Shown: positions 50,560 through 60,576, counted from the first letter of the stretch. The stretch is DNA of 64,000 nt from Gemmatimonadota bacterium (GCA_020348925.1 CP070758.1:2433688-2497687); one strand, 5' to 3'. The notes: a model not told the origin generated them from the letters alone. Numbers and translations are program-made.

Positions 50560-52404
50560 TTAAAATCTCCAGCCTCCCGGTCGCGGTGGTCGGGTTTTCG
50601 GCTCCCATGAAAATGAATCCCACGCCGGGACCATTTCGGTTTTCTCCCGCTCCTTCTCCCTGGGCGGTTCTTCCGCGCCCTTCTCTGAAGGGATGATTGC
50701 GAAGGATTTTTCCGCCTCTCTTATAATTTCGGCTTTCAACCCTTCATCTGATATCTCTTCGGTGAATTTTTTCCTCCCCTCCACAATATCTCGGAGATAG
50801 AAGGCAATTTCTTCTTGACTGTAAAACCGCTTCGGATCGTAATCATCGAGATTCTGTCCGACACAAGAAACAATCTCCTGTGTCCCTAATCGTCCTTTTT
50901 CGTATCTGTTTGTGCCTCGCAAATCTCCTCGTTGGATCTCCGCCATGAGATTGATCGGGACTCGTGTCACTTTACGAACTTGTGTCTTTCTTTTTATATC
51001 GCCATCGATCTCCTCCTTCAATATTTCGCCGACCCCACCCGTGTTGTACTGGTAGAATTTCACCTTGCCGGGATATGTCTCTACAAGATCCATGATGATT
51101 TCATGAAACCGGTTGACCTTCCGAGCTCTCGAACCAATAATAAAAGGATCGGTGCCGACGATCCTCACCGATTCGCCTGCTTTCGCTGGCTGTGAGGCAA
51201 AACTATGACTCGATTCTCCCCACAAATAGGCCAATACCGCTTGCTCCGGAGTGAGCTCCTGGGCAAAAGGCATGATTGTGTTTCTCCGGGTGACAAAGGC
51301 AAAGATAACACCGTCCAGATCATCCAGAGACGGCAGATCGATACACTTCGCTCCGATTCCAACCAGCCGTCTGCCCCTGCGAACTTTCAACCTGTCCCTG
51401 CGAATCACGGCCCGCCCGTTGGCGTTCAAACGCTCGTCGAGAAAATCGGGATTGCCTCTGGCGTCGATCATGACATTTTCCAACAAGGCTGTCTTGTCGA
51501 TCAGTGCATAATACATGGCTTCTTGCAAAGCTTTATCGACATCCGTTTTTACGAAGAAGTTCTGCTCGCTGCCGAGGGCAGAGCCGTCACGTTTTAGAAA
51601 GACTATGTCATCTTGAATCACTTCCGTAGTCTCGCCGCGCCTATGATCAAGACCCAATTGATGACACGACCAAGTCGTCTTTCCTGTGGCTGACAGACCG
51701 AAGAGAAAAACCCCGTATTTCTTCAACGTGTCATCCTTCGCATCCCGCACGGTGACCAATTTCGTGCCGGCGTGCAGGCCCAGCATGCCGAGATTATCGG
51801 CACACCACATCGCCTGTCTCAGAAAACCCTTCTTAATCTCGCCCATGTAATCCGTGCCCAGGGCGATATTGATATTGTGTTCGGGAAGAACCAGGACCTG
51901 CTGTCGGATCATGTGCTCCTCGGGAATGTCGATCATAGTAAATTCAGGTCCGGGTCGTTTCGAGGGCTTTGCCATGGTGTGTCCCCACATGTAGGCGAGA
52001 CGATAATTTTTATGATCGGCTACGGACATGTAGAGATTGCAAATAGGGTTGAATTCATCGTTCTCACCCATCTGCCTTCGGATATGAATAAAGGGCAAGG
52101 TCCGCATGGCATGCAAAACATTATGCAGCTCCTCAGGCGCTTTCTCAATAAGTCCTTTCTGGAGGGATGAAAGTTTCGGCAGTCGGATGTGCTCGCTCCC
52201 CAAGTAAACGGTCCGTGGCGCCACCCGGGAGGAGACCGAGGACCGCCATCCGTAGGAGCCAAAAACGGTTTTCGTCCCGGTTTTAAAAGTGGTTCCTTTT
52301 AAGGCATTGTGCTTAAAGTGGATAACGCTACGCCCCTCAAGAAGACCCCTCAAGTTCTCACAGAAACGCTCGTATGTAGGCAGGTCGTATAAATCCTTGA
52401 TCAT
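50560..52404 (-). CDS. pckA: Phosphoenolpyruvate carboxykinase (ATP-type fold, divergent clade)
   Basis: YMGEIKKG, GLHAG, FGLSATGKTT, QDD, E..FFVKT, LENV, NGRA and YNTG motifs. Confidence 0.82.
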   Translation of the reverse strand: MIKDLYDLPTYERFCENLRGLLEGRSVIHFKHNALKGTTFKTGTKTVFGSYGWRSSVSSRVAPRTVYLGSEHIRLPKLSSLQKGLIEKAPEELHNVLHAMRTLPFIHIRRQMGENDEFNPICNLYMSVADHKNYRLAYMWGHTMAKPSKRPGPEFTMIDIPEEHMIRQQVLVLPEHNINIALGTDYMGEIKKGFLRQAMWCADNLGMLGLHAGTKLVTVRDAKDDTLKKYGVFLFGLSATGKTTWSCHQLGLDHRRGETTEVIQDDIVFLKRDGSALGSEQNFFVKTDVDKALQEAMYYALIDKTALLENVMIDARGNPDFLDERLNANGRAVIRRDRLKVRRGRRLVGIGAKCIDLPSLDDLDGVIFAFVTRRNTIMPFAQELTPEQAVLAYLWGESSHSFASQPAKAGESVRIVGTDPFIIGSRARKVNRFHEIIMDLVETYPGKVKFYQYNTGGVGEILKEEIDGDIKRKTQVRKVTRVPINLMAEIQRGDLRGTNRYEKGRLGTQEIVSCVGQNLDDYDPKRFYSQEEIAFYLRDIVEGRKKFTEEISDEGLKAEIIREAEKSFAIIPSEKGAEEPPREKEREKTEMVPAWDSFSWEPKTRPPRPGGWRF

Positions 52405-52720
52405 TCACTTCGCCCTAACACGATTGACTGTATCTCCAGATTCATTTTGATCCATAATATAGCCCAATTTGTTTCACAAATCAATGGCATTGTGGTATTT
52501 TAAGGAATAGAGACCTGTCAAAATGTCAATCCTGAACCATACATCCATTGAATGATTAGATTCTGGTTTCAGTAAAAGCAAATTTATCGGTACACAAATC
52601 ACCCCTTTCCTTGAAATTGGTCTACCGAAATCGGGAAAATAGTTGCATGAGATGTTGTTTTACCGTATATTTAAGCCCCAAAAAAAATATGTTTGAAAGT
52701 ATAAAATAAGGAGGAAGAAA

Positions 52721-54139
52721 ATGGCTCTCACAAATTTAGTCGTCCTAATCGCCGCCATCATTGTCGTCTTGATCCTTATTATTTTAGCCTTTGCAAAACA
52801 GTACAAAAAAGTCGGGCCGAACGAAGTTCTGATCATTTCCGGAGGTCGAAAACGGACCATCGTTGAACCTGATGGAACGAAGCTAAAAATCGGTTATCGT
52901 ATGCACATCGGCGGTGGTACCTTCGTCATGCCCCTCATTGAACGGGCGCAAATTCTCCCCCTGGAAGTTTTAACTGTAACCATTAAAACACCTGAAGTCC
53001 TTACCGCACAAGGAGTACACATCATCGCTGAGGCCGCAGCTCAGGTGAAAGTGGGGAGTGACGAGCATGCCATCCGCATGGCTGCCGAGCAATTCCTGGC
53101 AACAGGCACACAGGGCATCAAAGAAGTCAGCTTCCATATTTTAGAGGGGCGCATGCGAGCCACCATTGGAGCCTCCACTGTCGAGCAGATTTATAAAAAT
53201 CGTGAGGAGTTCAATAACAAAGTCATGGAGGAATCATCGGACGACTTTGCTCGAATGGGGCTGACAATCCTATCCTTTGCCCTCAAAGACATTAGTGATG
53301 CCCAGGGATATCTCGAGTCCCTGGGGAAACCGCGCATCGCTCAGGTGAGGGCAGAAGCGGCCGTGGCCGAGGCTGAAGCCAACAAGGAAGCCACAATCAA
53401 GGCCGCTCATGCACGGAAAGAGGGAGACATCGTTAAATTCCAGGCTGAGGCCGATATCGCCGCTGCCAGCCGAGATTACGAAATAAAGCGAGCCGAGTTC
53501 CAGGCGGCCATCAACCAGAAAAAAGCCCAAGCCGATCTGACCTATGAGATCGAACGGCATCGGATGAACCAGCAACTGAAGAAGGAGGAGTACAGGGTTA
53601 GGCTCATCGAAAAGGAAGAGGCCATCAAGGTTGAAGAGCGTGAGAGCCTGAGAAAGGAGCAGGAGCTGGAGGCGACTGTTAAAAAAGCCGCCGACGCCAA
53701 GAAATACCAAATCCAGACTGAATCTGAGGCTGAGAGTTACAAACTGGAACAGGAGGCCAAGGGTCGAGCTGTGGCCAAGAAGCTGGAAGGGGACGCCGAG
53801 GCCGAGGCCATGCGAAAGAAAGCGGAAGCCTGGGCGCAATACAACCAGGCGGCCATCTACGAGATGCTCGTGGAGAAGCTGCCCGAGCTGGCCCGGGCCG
53901 TGTCCGAGCCACTCTCCAAAGTGGATAAGATCGTCATAGTTGGCGGCGGCCAGGACGGCTCCCTGGGTGCTTCGAAAATCAGTGGTGAGGTGGCCAGAGT
54001 TCTGGCTCAATTGCCACCAATTATCGAGACGCTCGGGGGTGTTGATCTCAAGAAACTTGTGGAGAAATTACCGGAACTGAAGACTCAGAAAAGTCAGGAG
54101 GAAAAGGGATCGTCAGGGATCCCTGAGTCAAATACGTGA
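52721..54139 (+). CDS. Flotillin/SPFH-domain membrane protein
   Basis: N-terminal TM, YKKVGPNEVLIISG, AAEQFL, LEG..RA, GYL..LG, EA-rich coiled coil and EPLSKVDKI. Confidence 0.93.
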   Translation: MALTNLVVLIAAIIVVLILIILAFAKQYKKVGPNEVLIISGGRKRTIVEPDGTKLKIGYRMHIGGGTFVMPLIERAQILPLEVLTVTIKTPEVLTAQGVHIIAEAAAQVKVGSDEHAIRMAAEQFLATGTQGIKEVSFHILEGRMRATIGASTVEQIYKNREEFNNKVMEESSDDFARMGLTILSFALKDISDAQGYLESLGKPRIAQVRAEAAVAEAEANKEATIKAAHARKEGDIVKFQAEADIAAASRDYEIKRAEFQAAINQKKAQADLTYEIERHRMNQQLKKEEYRVRLIEKEEAIKVEERESLRKEQELEATVKKAADAKKYQIQTESEAESYKLEQEAKGRAVAKKLEGDAEAEAMRKKAEAWAQYNQAAIYEMLVEKLPELARAVSEPLSKVDKIVIVGGGQDGSLGASKISGEVARVLAQLPPIIETLGGVDLKKLVEKLPELKTQKSQEEKGSSGIPESNT

Positions 54140-54150
54140 GATGTATCACC

Positions 54151-54262
54151 TGTCATGCCTCCGACGGCAGGCATCTCCAGAAAAAGCTGAAAATCCTGCC
54201 TGCGCCTTGGGTAGTATCTACAGCGAGAGAAACCGGGCCGCTCAGGACGAGGTAGGAATGAG
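54151..54262. repeat. Degenerate REP-like palindrome
   Basis: tgtcatgcct..aggcat, cctgcctgcgc and ggaatga units. Confidence 0.4.
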
Positions 54263-54296
54263 AAGAATGTAACCTTCCCACGAACAAAGGAACACT

Positions 54297-56657
54297 ATGT
54301 TAGCCGACAGAATCCAGCGGATCGGGTTTTCTCCGACCCTGAAAATTTCAGCCAAAGCCAAAGCGATGCGGGCCGAGGGGATAGACGTCGTCGATCTCAG
54401 CGTCGGCGAGCCGGACTTTCCCACCCCCCAAAACGTGAAGGAGGCAGCCACCCGGGCCATTGCCGAGAATTTCACGAAATATACAGCCAACGACGGTATG
54501 CCAGAGTTGAAGAAGGCTATCATCGAAAAACTCCGAAGAGACAACGGCCTCGAATACGAACCGAATGAGATCATTGTCTCCAGCGGAGCTAAGAATTGCC
54601 TCTACAATCTCGCCGTCGCCCTATTGAACAAGGGAGAGGAAGTCATCATCCCCGCCCCCTATTGGGTCTCCTATCCCCCCATCGTCAGTTTGGCCAAGGG
54701 CAATCCGATTGTTATACAGACAAGGGAGGAGAATGGGTTCCGGCTTACTCCGGATCAACTTAGCGCATCCATTTCACCCAGCACAAAAGCCATAATGCTC
54801 AACAATCCATGCAATCCAACGGGGGCTGCATACACTCGCGAGGAGTTGGAGGAGATGGCCGAAGTCTGTGCCGATGAAGGGTTGATTATCATTGCCGATG
54901 AGATCTATGAAAAACTGGTCTACGATGGATTCAGTTTCGTGAGCGTCGCTTCCCTGGGCAAGAAAATCAAAGAACGATGTGTTATCGTAAACGGCGTCTC
55001 GAAAGCTTACTCCATGACAGGCTGGCGTATCGGCTACGCGGCAGGACCCAAAGAGCTTATTACCGGCATGGACAAGGTACAGAGCCATAACACTTCCAAC
55101 GCCTGTTCGGTTTCTCAGAAAGCCAGTCTCGAAGCCCTGACCGGTCCTCAGACTGATGTATCCATGATGGTCATGGAGTTTCAGAGGCGGCGCAACGTCA
55201 TTCTTCAGAAATTGAACGCCATTCCAGGGATTTCCTGCATGGAACCGCGCGGTGCCTTCTACGTGTTCCCTAACTTTCGAAATTATTTCAACAAAGAATA
55301 TGAGGGCATGCAGATCCGTAATTCGTACGGTATGGCTTACTTCCTTCTGAAGCACGCCCGAGTGGCCGTGGTCCCTGGAGAGGCTTTCGGAACCGAAGGG
55401 TACATCCGGCTCTCCTACGCCACTTCCATGGATCGAATCGAAGAGGGCCTGGATCGGATCATTGAAGCTACTGCGAAACTGGAACCGACCAGAAAGGCAA
55501 AAGTCATCACTCTGAACAACACGGTCACTCTGCGTAAATCCTTTGTCGAGACGGAAGCGACGGTGGGTGCCGAGGTGCGTGATGCCCTTGTTACCGAGGC
55601 CGAAGCTCACTTGACGCATGACAACTATTTCGAATGGAACGTGAACATCTCCGGCGTTGTTGTTCAGTTGCGAACGAATCTCCAGCACCTCTATGACTTC
55701 TGGATCGAGAACTGGTATCCGGCTCAGCTTGAAGCCGACCTTGAGCCCCATGGCATTATCTACGCCGTAGGCTGGGTACCCGGCCGCGAACCCAGGGCCT
55801 ATTACAATTCTGAGTCACGCACCGCCGTCTTCTTCAAATCCGCCTTTTACGGCCAACTGCGAAGTCTGGCCATCGGCATGACCGCGGATATCTCCGAGCG
55901 CCTCTCCGATCTCCACTGCCTCCGCGGTTTCTGTGTCGATTTCGGCGGCAGCGGGCTGATCCTCATCGCTCCGAAAGGAACGGGCAAATCGGAACACCTG
56001 GCCGAGTTCTTGAGAACGAAGGAAGTGAAACTTGTCTCCAACGACGTTGTCTTCGTCCGCTATGTCGGCGGCCAAGCGTTAGCCGATACACCCGAACGAA
56101 AGTTTTACCAGCGAACGGACTTCACCAAATTCTATCCTGATTTTGCCACACTCTTCGACCGCAGTAAATGTGAGAATGTCATCTTCAACAGGGACGAGTG
56201 CACGAACAGCTCCTGTCCGATACAGGACGACTGTCGTCTCGACCGGGGAAACCCCTTCTGTTATGAGGCCTCGGACAAATCGTACGCTATGCTCGATCCG
56301 TACTGGATCGGCGGTCCGGCGAAACATGCGAAACGAACATCGCTGAAATGGGTATTTCTCCTGACCCGCGATGCCGTCGCACCTCCGATAGCCAAACTCG
56401 GATCGAATGATGCCATTAAAATCCTCGAAGAAGGGCGGTCCGAGACATCGACAGGTGGGATCCGAAACGAACCGTTCTTCAATCCCCATTTACTCGTCCG
56501 AACCTCCGAGCGAATTGACCATCAGAAGCGCTTCTTCGACCGCCTCTTCAAAGTTGCCTCTGTCTACGCCATCAACACAACCGCCCTATCAGCACGCGAC
56601 ATCCAGACCCGCATGCGCCACATCATCTCCGGTAACGAAGCGGAGGGATTGAGGTAA
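54297..56657 (+). CDS. Fusion of a class I aminotransferase (aa ~1-400) and a PEPCK/HPr-kinase-like P-loop domain (aa ~405-786)
   Basis: GEPDFPTP, NNPCNPTG, DEIY, SKAYSMTGWRIG and IRLSYA; then FYG, APKGTGKS, SND, E.KFY.RT, CENV, FLLTRD..PP and YAINT. Confidence 0.88.
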   Translation: MLADRIQRIGFSPTLKISAKAKAMRAEGIDVVDLSVGEPDFPTPQNVKEAATRAIAENFTKYTANDGMPELKKAIIEKLRRDNGLEYEPNEIIVSSGAKNCLYNLAVALLNKGEEVIIPAPYWVSYPPIVSLAKGNPIVIQTREENGFRLTPDQLSASISPSTKAIMLNNPCNPTGAAYTREELEEMAEVCADEGLIIIADEIYEKLVYDGFSFVSVASLGKKIKERCVIVNGVSKAYSMTGWRIGYAAGPKELITGMDKVQSHNTSNACSVSQKASLEALTGPQTDVSMMVMEFQRRRNVILQKLNAIPGISCMEPRGAFYVFPNFRNYFNKEYEGMQIRNSYGMAYFLLKHARVAVVPGEAFGTEGYIRLSYATSMDRIEEGLDRIIEATAKLEPTRKAKVITLNNTVTLRKSFVETEATVGAEVRDALVTEAEAHLTHDNYFEWNVNISGVVVQLRTNLQHLYDFWIENWYPAQLEADLEPHGIIYAVGWVPGREPRAYYNSESRTAVFFKSAFYGQLRSLAIGMTADISERLSDLHCLRGFCVDFGGSGLILIAPKGTGKSEHLAEFLRTKEVKLVSNDVVFVRYVGGQALADTPERKFYQRTDFTKFYPDFATLFDRSKCENVIFNRDECTNSSCPIQDDCRLDRGNPFCYEASDKSYAMLDPYWIGGPAKHAKRTSLKWVFLLTRDAVAPPIAKLGSNDAIKILEEGRSETSTGGIRNEPFFNPHLLVRTSERIDHQKRFFDRLFKVASVYAINTTALSARDIQTRMRHIISGNEAEGLR

Positions 56658-56838
56658 CACATCAGGCTCAACTTCATACCTCTTCAATAGGCATTGCTTG
56701 CGGTTTAGCAAAATTCATAACAAATAACATGTTAGTTGAAGAACAATTCATTCTTGATCGCCCACTATTTGTATGCTGGGCGAAAATCTTTAATGGGACA
56801 TATATCTCACTCGATCTCTCGTTAAAGATACATATACC

Positions 56839-57600
56839 ATGAATACTGAAAAAAAAACAAACATAGTGCTCTCCATGGTAATTGCCTTTTCTGTAGGAGC
56901 TTCATCATCATCCTGTGCCCGATGGCACTTTGATATTGAAACAGGAGTAGTTTTGCCCGGCTATAATGACGTACGTATCCCCAATGAGACCGGGACCCTC
57001 TTTTCATTGACAGAAGAACTTGAGACAGATCCGAAGCCGTTTTTTCGGACAAAAGTAACCTATCCAATAAACGATAGACACTCCCTAACGATTTTGGCTG
57101 CTCCCCTTCGTCTGCATGCCGAAGGTCAGGCAAACAGGCCGGTGAAGTTTGAGGAGGAGGAATTTCCTGCAAATACTTCGCTTACAGCGAAATACCGTTT
57201 TGATTCGTATCGGTTGACCTATCGCTATGATTTCCACAGATCGGAGAACCTGCAATCAGGAATCGGCTTCACGGCAAAGATCCGGGACGCTTCAATCAGT
57301 TTGGAGGGGGATGATAAGAAAGCCGAAAAGAAAAACACCGGCTTTGTCCCCCTCATCAACTTCAGACTCCATTGGACCTTTGCTAAGAAACTCAGTCTCG
57401 TACTGGACGGTGACGCCCTGGCTGCGCCGCAGGGCCAAGGGAGAGCTGAAGATGTCTTGTTGGCTGTTCAATACAATATGAATAAAAATATTGATCTCAA
57501 ATTGGGTTACAGAATTCTTGAAGGGGGTGCAGACGTTGATGAGGTTTACAATTTCACACTGATTCATTATCTTGTATTTGGGGCGGTTGTTTCGCTTTAA
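56839..57600 (+). CDS. Putative outer-membrane beta-barrel protein
   Basis: Signal-peptide-like N-terminus; alternating aromatic beta strands (YRFDSYRLTYRY, LGYRILEGG). Confidence 0.7.
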   Translation: MNTEKKTNIVLSMVIAFSVGASSSSCARWHFDIETGVVLPGYNDVRIPNETGTLFSLTEELETDPKPFFRTKVTYPINDRHSLTILAAPLRLHAEGQANRPVKFEEEEFPANTSLTAKYRFDSYRLTYRYDFHRSENLQSGIGFTAKIRDASISLEGDDKKAEKKNTGFVPLINFRLHWTFAKKLSLVLDGDALAAPQGQGRAEDVLLAVQYNMNKNIDLKLGYRILEGGADVDEVYNFTLIHYLVFGAVVSL

Positions 57601-57687
57601 GAATACAATCAACGATCCAGCTTTCAAGAGCATGGACTCATCTCTTTAAAATTTTATTTCTAAAAATAGTAATAAGGGAGTATACGA

Positions 57688-58344
57688 ATGAAACCTTATG
57701 TCACTTCAAATTCAATTGAGAAAAAGACGCAACATTGGCTCAAAAAAACAAATTCGTTCAACACACATCGGATGGAGCTTGATAGAGGCAAAACCGCTCT
57801 TCTCGTTATCGATATGCAGGACTTTTTCCTGGATCCCGACTCCCCAACGTTCACGTGTGGTGGACCGGCAATTCTTCCAACACTGAAAAAACTCATTGCT
57901 GCTTTTCGTGAAGCAGAGCGTCCGGTGATTTATACGCGGCACGTTCATCATCCCGACCGAATTGACGCCGGTATAATGGGTTGGTGGTGGGAGGGGATGT
58001 GTATTGAAGGTAGCCATGAAAGTGAGATACACAAGGAGATTGCTCCGCTGCCTCATGAGAAAGTGATTACCAAACATCGTTATTCGAGCTTCTACAACAC
58101 AGATTTAGAGACAGTCCTCCGGTGTCTAAAGATCGAGGATCTGGTCATCTCCGGAATAATGACAAATTTGTGCTGTGAATCGACAGCGCGTGATGCTTAT
58201 TACAGGGATTATAGAGTATTCTTCCTTGCTGACGGCACAGGCAGTATCAATGAAGAGATGCATCTGGCAAGCCTGCTCAACCTTGCCTTTGGCTTTGCAC
58301 TTGTGACAACGGCAGAAGAAATCATACAACAGTTGAGGAAATAA
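57688..58344 (+). CDS. Isochorismatase-family cysteine hydrolase
   Basis: LLVIDMQ..F, K.RYSSF..T.LE and GIMTNLCCESTARDA motifs. Confidence 0.93.
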   Translation: MKPYVTSNSIEKKTQHWLKKTNSFNTHRMELDRGKTALLVIDMQDFFLDPDSPTFTCGGPAILPTLKKLIAAFREAERPVIYTRHVHHPDRIDAGIMGWWWEGMCIEGSHESEIHKEIAPLPHEKVITKHRYSSFYNTDLETVLRCLKIEDLVISGIMTNLCCESTARDAYYRDYRVFFLADGTGSINEEMHLASLLNLAFGFALVTTAEEIIQQLRK

Positions 58345-58379
58345 AGGTGTGTTTTGAATTATGAAGAGGGGGAGTGGAC

Positions 58380-58757
58380 ATGACAAGTAATTTGCTGCTG
58401 TATGTTGGTTCTGTTATAATTACTTTATGGGGAATAGCCCACATCGCTCCGACGGGATCAATCGTGAAAGGATTTGGGGAAATATCCATTGACAACAAAC
58501 GAATCATCACGATGGAATGGGTCGCCGAGGGTTTGACGCTCGTCTTCATAGGTCTTCTCGTACTATTTCTTACTCTTCTGGGAGGTGCACAAAACTCAGC
58601 TTCGCTTATTGTGCATAGGGTATCCGCAGTTATGCTGCTTGTTATGTCAGGATTGAGTCTGCTCACCGGGGCGAGAACATCGATTGTGCCCATGAAAATT
58701 TGTCCATTGGTAAAAATAACAGTCGCAATATTGTTTCTCTTGGGAAGTGTACTATGA
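58380..58757 (+). CDS. Small four-TM membrane protein of unknown function
   Basis: Four hydrophobic segments; RBS GGGGAG. Confidence 0.75.
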   Translation: MTSNLLLYVGSVIITLWGIAHIAPTGSIVKGFGEISIDNKRIITMEWVAEGLTLVFIGLLVLFLTLLGGAQNSASLIVHRVSAVMLLVMSGLSLLTGARTSIVPMKICPLVKITVAILFLLGSVL

Positions 58758-58800
58758 CGGTCGACTCCGTCGTGAATCAGTAAAAAGGGAGAAGATCAAC

Positions 58801-59334
58801 ATGGACAAACCGATGTCAAATCTTTCCTTTCAATTCATGTCGCTTGAATTCAAGATCCGTGATTTTCTTCGCCCTCGAATGACTGTCTTGAAAGAAGCAG
58901 GGATACAACCGGGATTTCATGTGCTCGACTACGGGTGTGGGCCTGGGAGCTATACTGTGCCCGCCGCAACATTGGTGGGAACGACCGGAAGAATATATGC
59001 TCTCGATATCCATCCATTGGCAATTCAGAAGATCCAAAATATCACCTTTAAAAAAAGACTGACGAATGTGGAGACCATTCATTCTGATTGCAATACTGGA
59101 TTGCCGGGTGAGAGCATTAATGTCGTACTCCTGTACGATACGTTTCACGATCTTGCTGACCCGCAAGGCGTACTACGAGAGTTATATCGAGTATTGAAAT
59201 CGGATGGAATTCTCTCGTTTAACGATCACCATATGGAAGAAAATGATACCGTGTCGAAATTAACGCTGAAAGGGCTTTTCACTTTATCAAAAAAAGGCAA
59301 AAGAACATTCAGCTTCTCGAAAGCGGAAAGATGA
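58801..59334 (+). CDS. Class I SAM-dependent methyltransferase
   Basis: VLDYGCGPG, YALDIHP and RVLKSDG motifs. Confidence 0.9.
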   Translation: MDKPMSNLSFQFMSLEFKIRDFLRPRMTVLKEAGIQPGFHVLDYGCGPGSYTVPAATLVGTTGRIYALDIHPLAIQKIQNITFKKRLTNVETIHSDCNTGLPGESINVVLLYDTFHDLADPQGVLRELYRVLKSDGILSFNDHHMEENDTVSKLTLKGLFTLSKKGKRTFSFSKAER

Positions 59335-60005
59335 GAGGTTACTACTCCGATACACTCTCTGCTCAGCGACTCAAACAGGTTTACGAAATCGCTCCTCCGC
59401 GAGTGCAGCAATATTTAACTGCTGAGGTAGAACACGTTCTTCAATATCTCACACCAGGCGACTGGGTTCTTGAACTGGGCTGCGGTTATGGACGAATGAT
59501 TCCGGAACTCTCCAAAAAGACCGGAAAAATCATTGGGATCGACACTTCTCTCTGCAGCTTATTACTCGGAGAGGAATTTTTATCCAATATTCAAAATTGT
59601 TATTTGACATGCATGAACGCGGTTCAACTTGCATTCCCAAATCATGTTTTCGATATGGTCGTCTGCATCCAGAATGGCATTTCAGCATTTCATGTGGACC
59701 AAAAAGAGTTGCTCCGAGAGAGCATTCGAGTGACAAAACCTGGTGGAGTCGCCCTCTTCTCAAGCTATTCGGCTAAGTTTTGGGAAGACCGATTGGACTG
59801 GTTTCGGCTTCAATCCGAGGCGGGTCTCGTGGGCGAAATCGACTTCGAAAAAACCGTTAATGGTGAAATCGTCTGCAAAGACGGCTTCACGGCAACGACG
59901 GTAGGCCCTGGCAAATTTCGACTCCTGACCGAAGAACTCGATGCCGACGTGCGGATTTTCGAAGTGGATGAATCGAGTCTTTTTTGCGAGATAATGCCTC
60001 ATTAG
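59331..60005 (+). CDS. Class I SAM-dependent methyltransferase
   Basis: VLELGCGYG, GID, FD.V and RVTKPGG motifs; ATGA overlap with the previous gene. Confidence 0.9.
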   Translation: MRGYYSDTLSAQRLKQVYEIAPPRVQQYLTAEVEHVLQYLTPGDWVLELGCGYGRMIPELSKKTGKIIGIDTSLCSLLLGEEFLSNIQNCYLTCMNAVQLAFPNHVFDMVVCIQNGISAFHVDQKELLRESIRVTKPGGVALFSSYSAKFWEDRLDWFRLQSEAGLVGEIDFEKTVNGEIVCKDGFTATTVGPGKFRLLTEELDADVRIFEVDESSLFCEIMPH

Positions 60006-60051
60006 TCCAACTTCTTATTGACAAACATATCGACCTGCAGGCGTTTTGAAA

Positions 60052-60474
60052 ATGGCAACAGACGAGTTCATTAAAGATATCTTTGAAAAGAATAAGACAA
60101 TCGCTGTCTACGGAATGTCGACCAATCCTTCGAAACCTGCTCACTACGTTCCTCTCCCCCTGAAATCAAAGGGCTTCTCCATAATTCCAATAAATCCCAA
60201 CACAGATACGATTGCAGATTGTAAGTGCTATCCAAACTTAAAGGATGTCGAGGAGAGGATCGACATCCTGGAGATTTTCCGACCCTCGGATCAGGCACTC
60301 GATGCTGTCAGAGAAGCTATTGAAAGAAGAAAGACGAAAGGGGATATTAACGTCATCTGGCTTCAACTTGGCATTCAAAGCGATGAAGCCCGAAGGCTCT
60401 CGGAAGAATCGAATATCACCTTCATTGAAAATAGGTGTATGAAACAAGAGTATCAACGGTTGTTTTCGGATTGA
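60052..60474 (+). CDS. CoA-binding protein (YccU-like)
   Basis: IAVYGMS....KPA, PINP, FRPS, IWLQLGI and NRCM motifs. Confidence 0.92.
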   Translation: MATDEFIKDIFEKNKTIAVYGMSTNPSKPAHYVPLPLKSKGFSIIPINPNTDTIADCKCYPNLKDVEERIDILEIFRPSDQALDAVREAIERRKTKGDINVIWLQLGIQSDEARRLSEESNITFIENRCMKQEYQRLFSD

Positions 60475-60576
60475 TCCGGCGAAGAAAGACCTCCCTTCGG
60501 AACACTCCCCATTAGTATTAAAAGAGCATATTGTGGTAAAACACTGAAACATAGCCGTAAAGAAGCACGTCTAATA

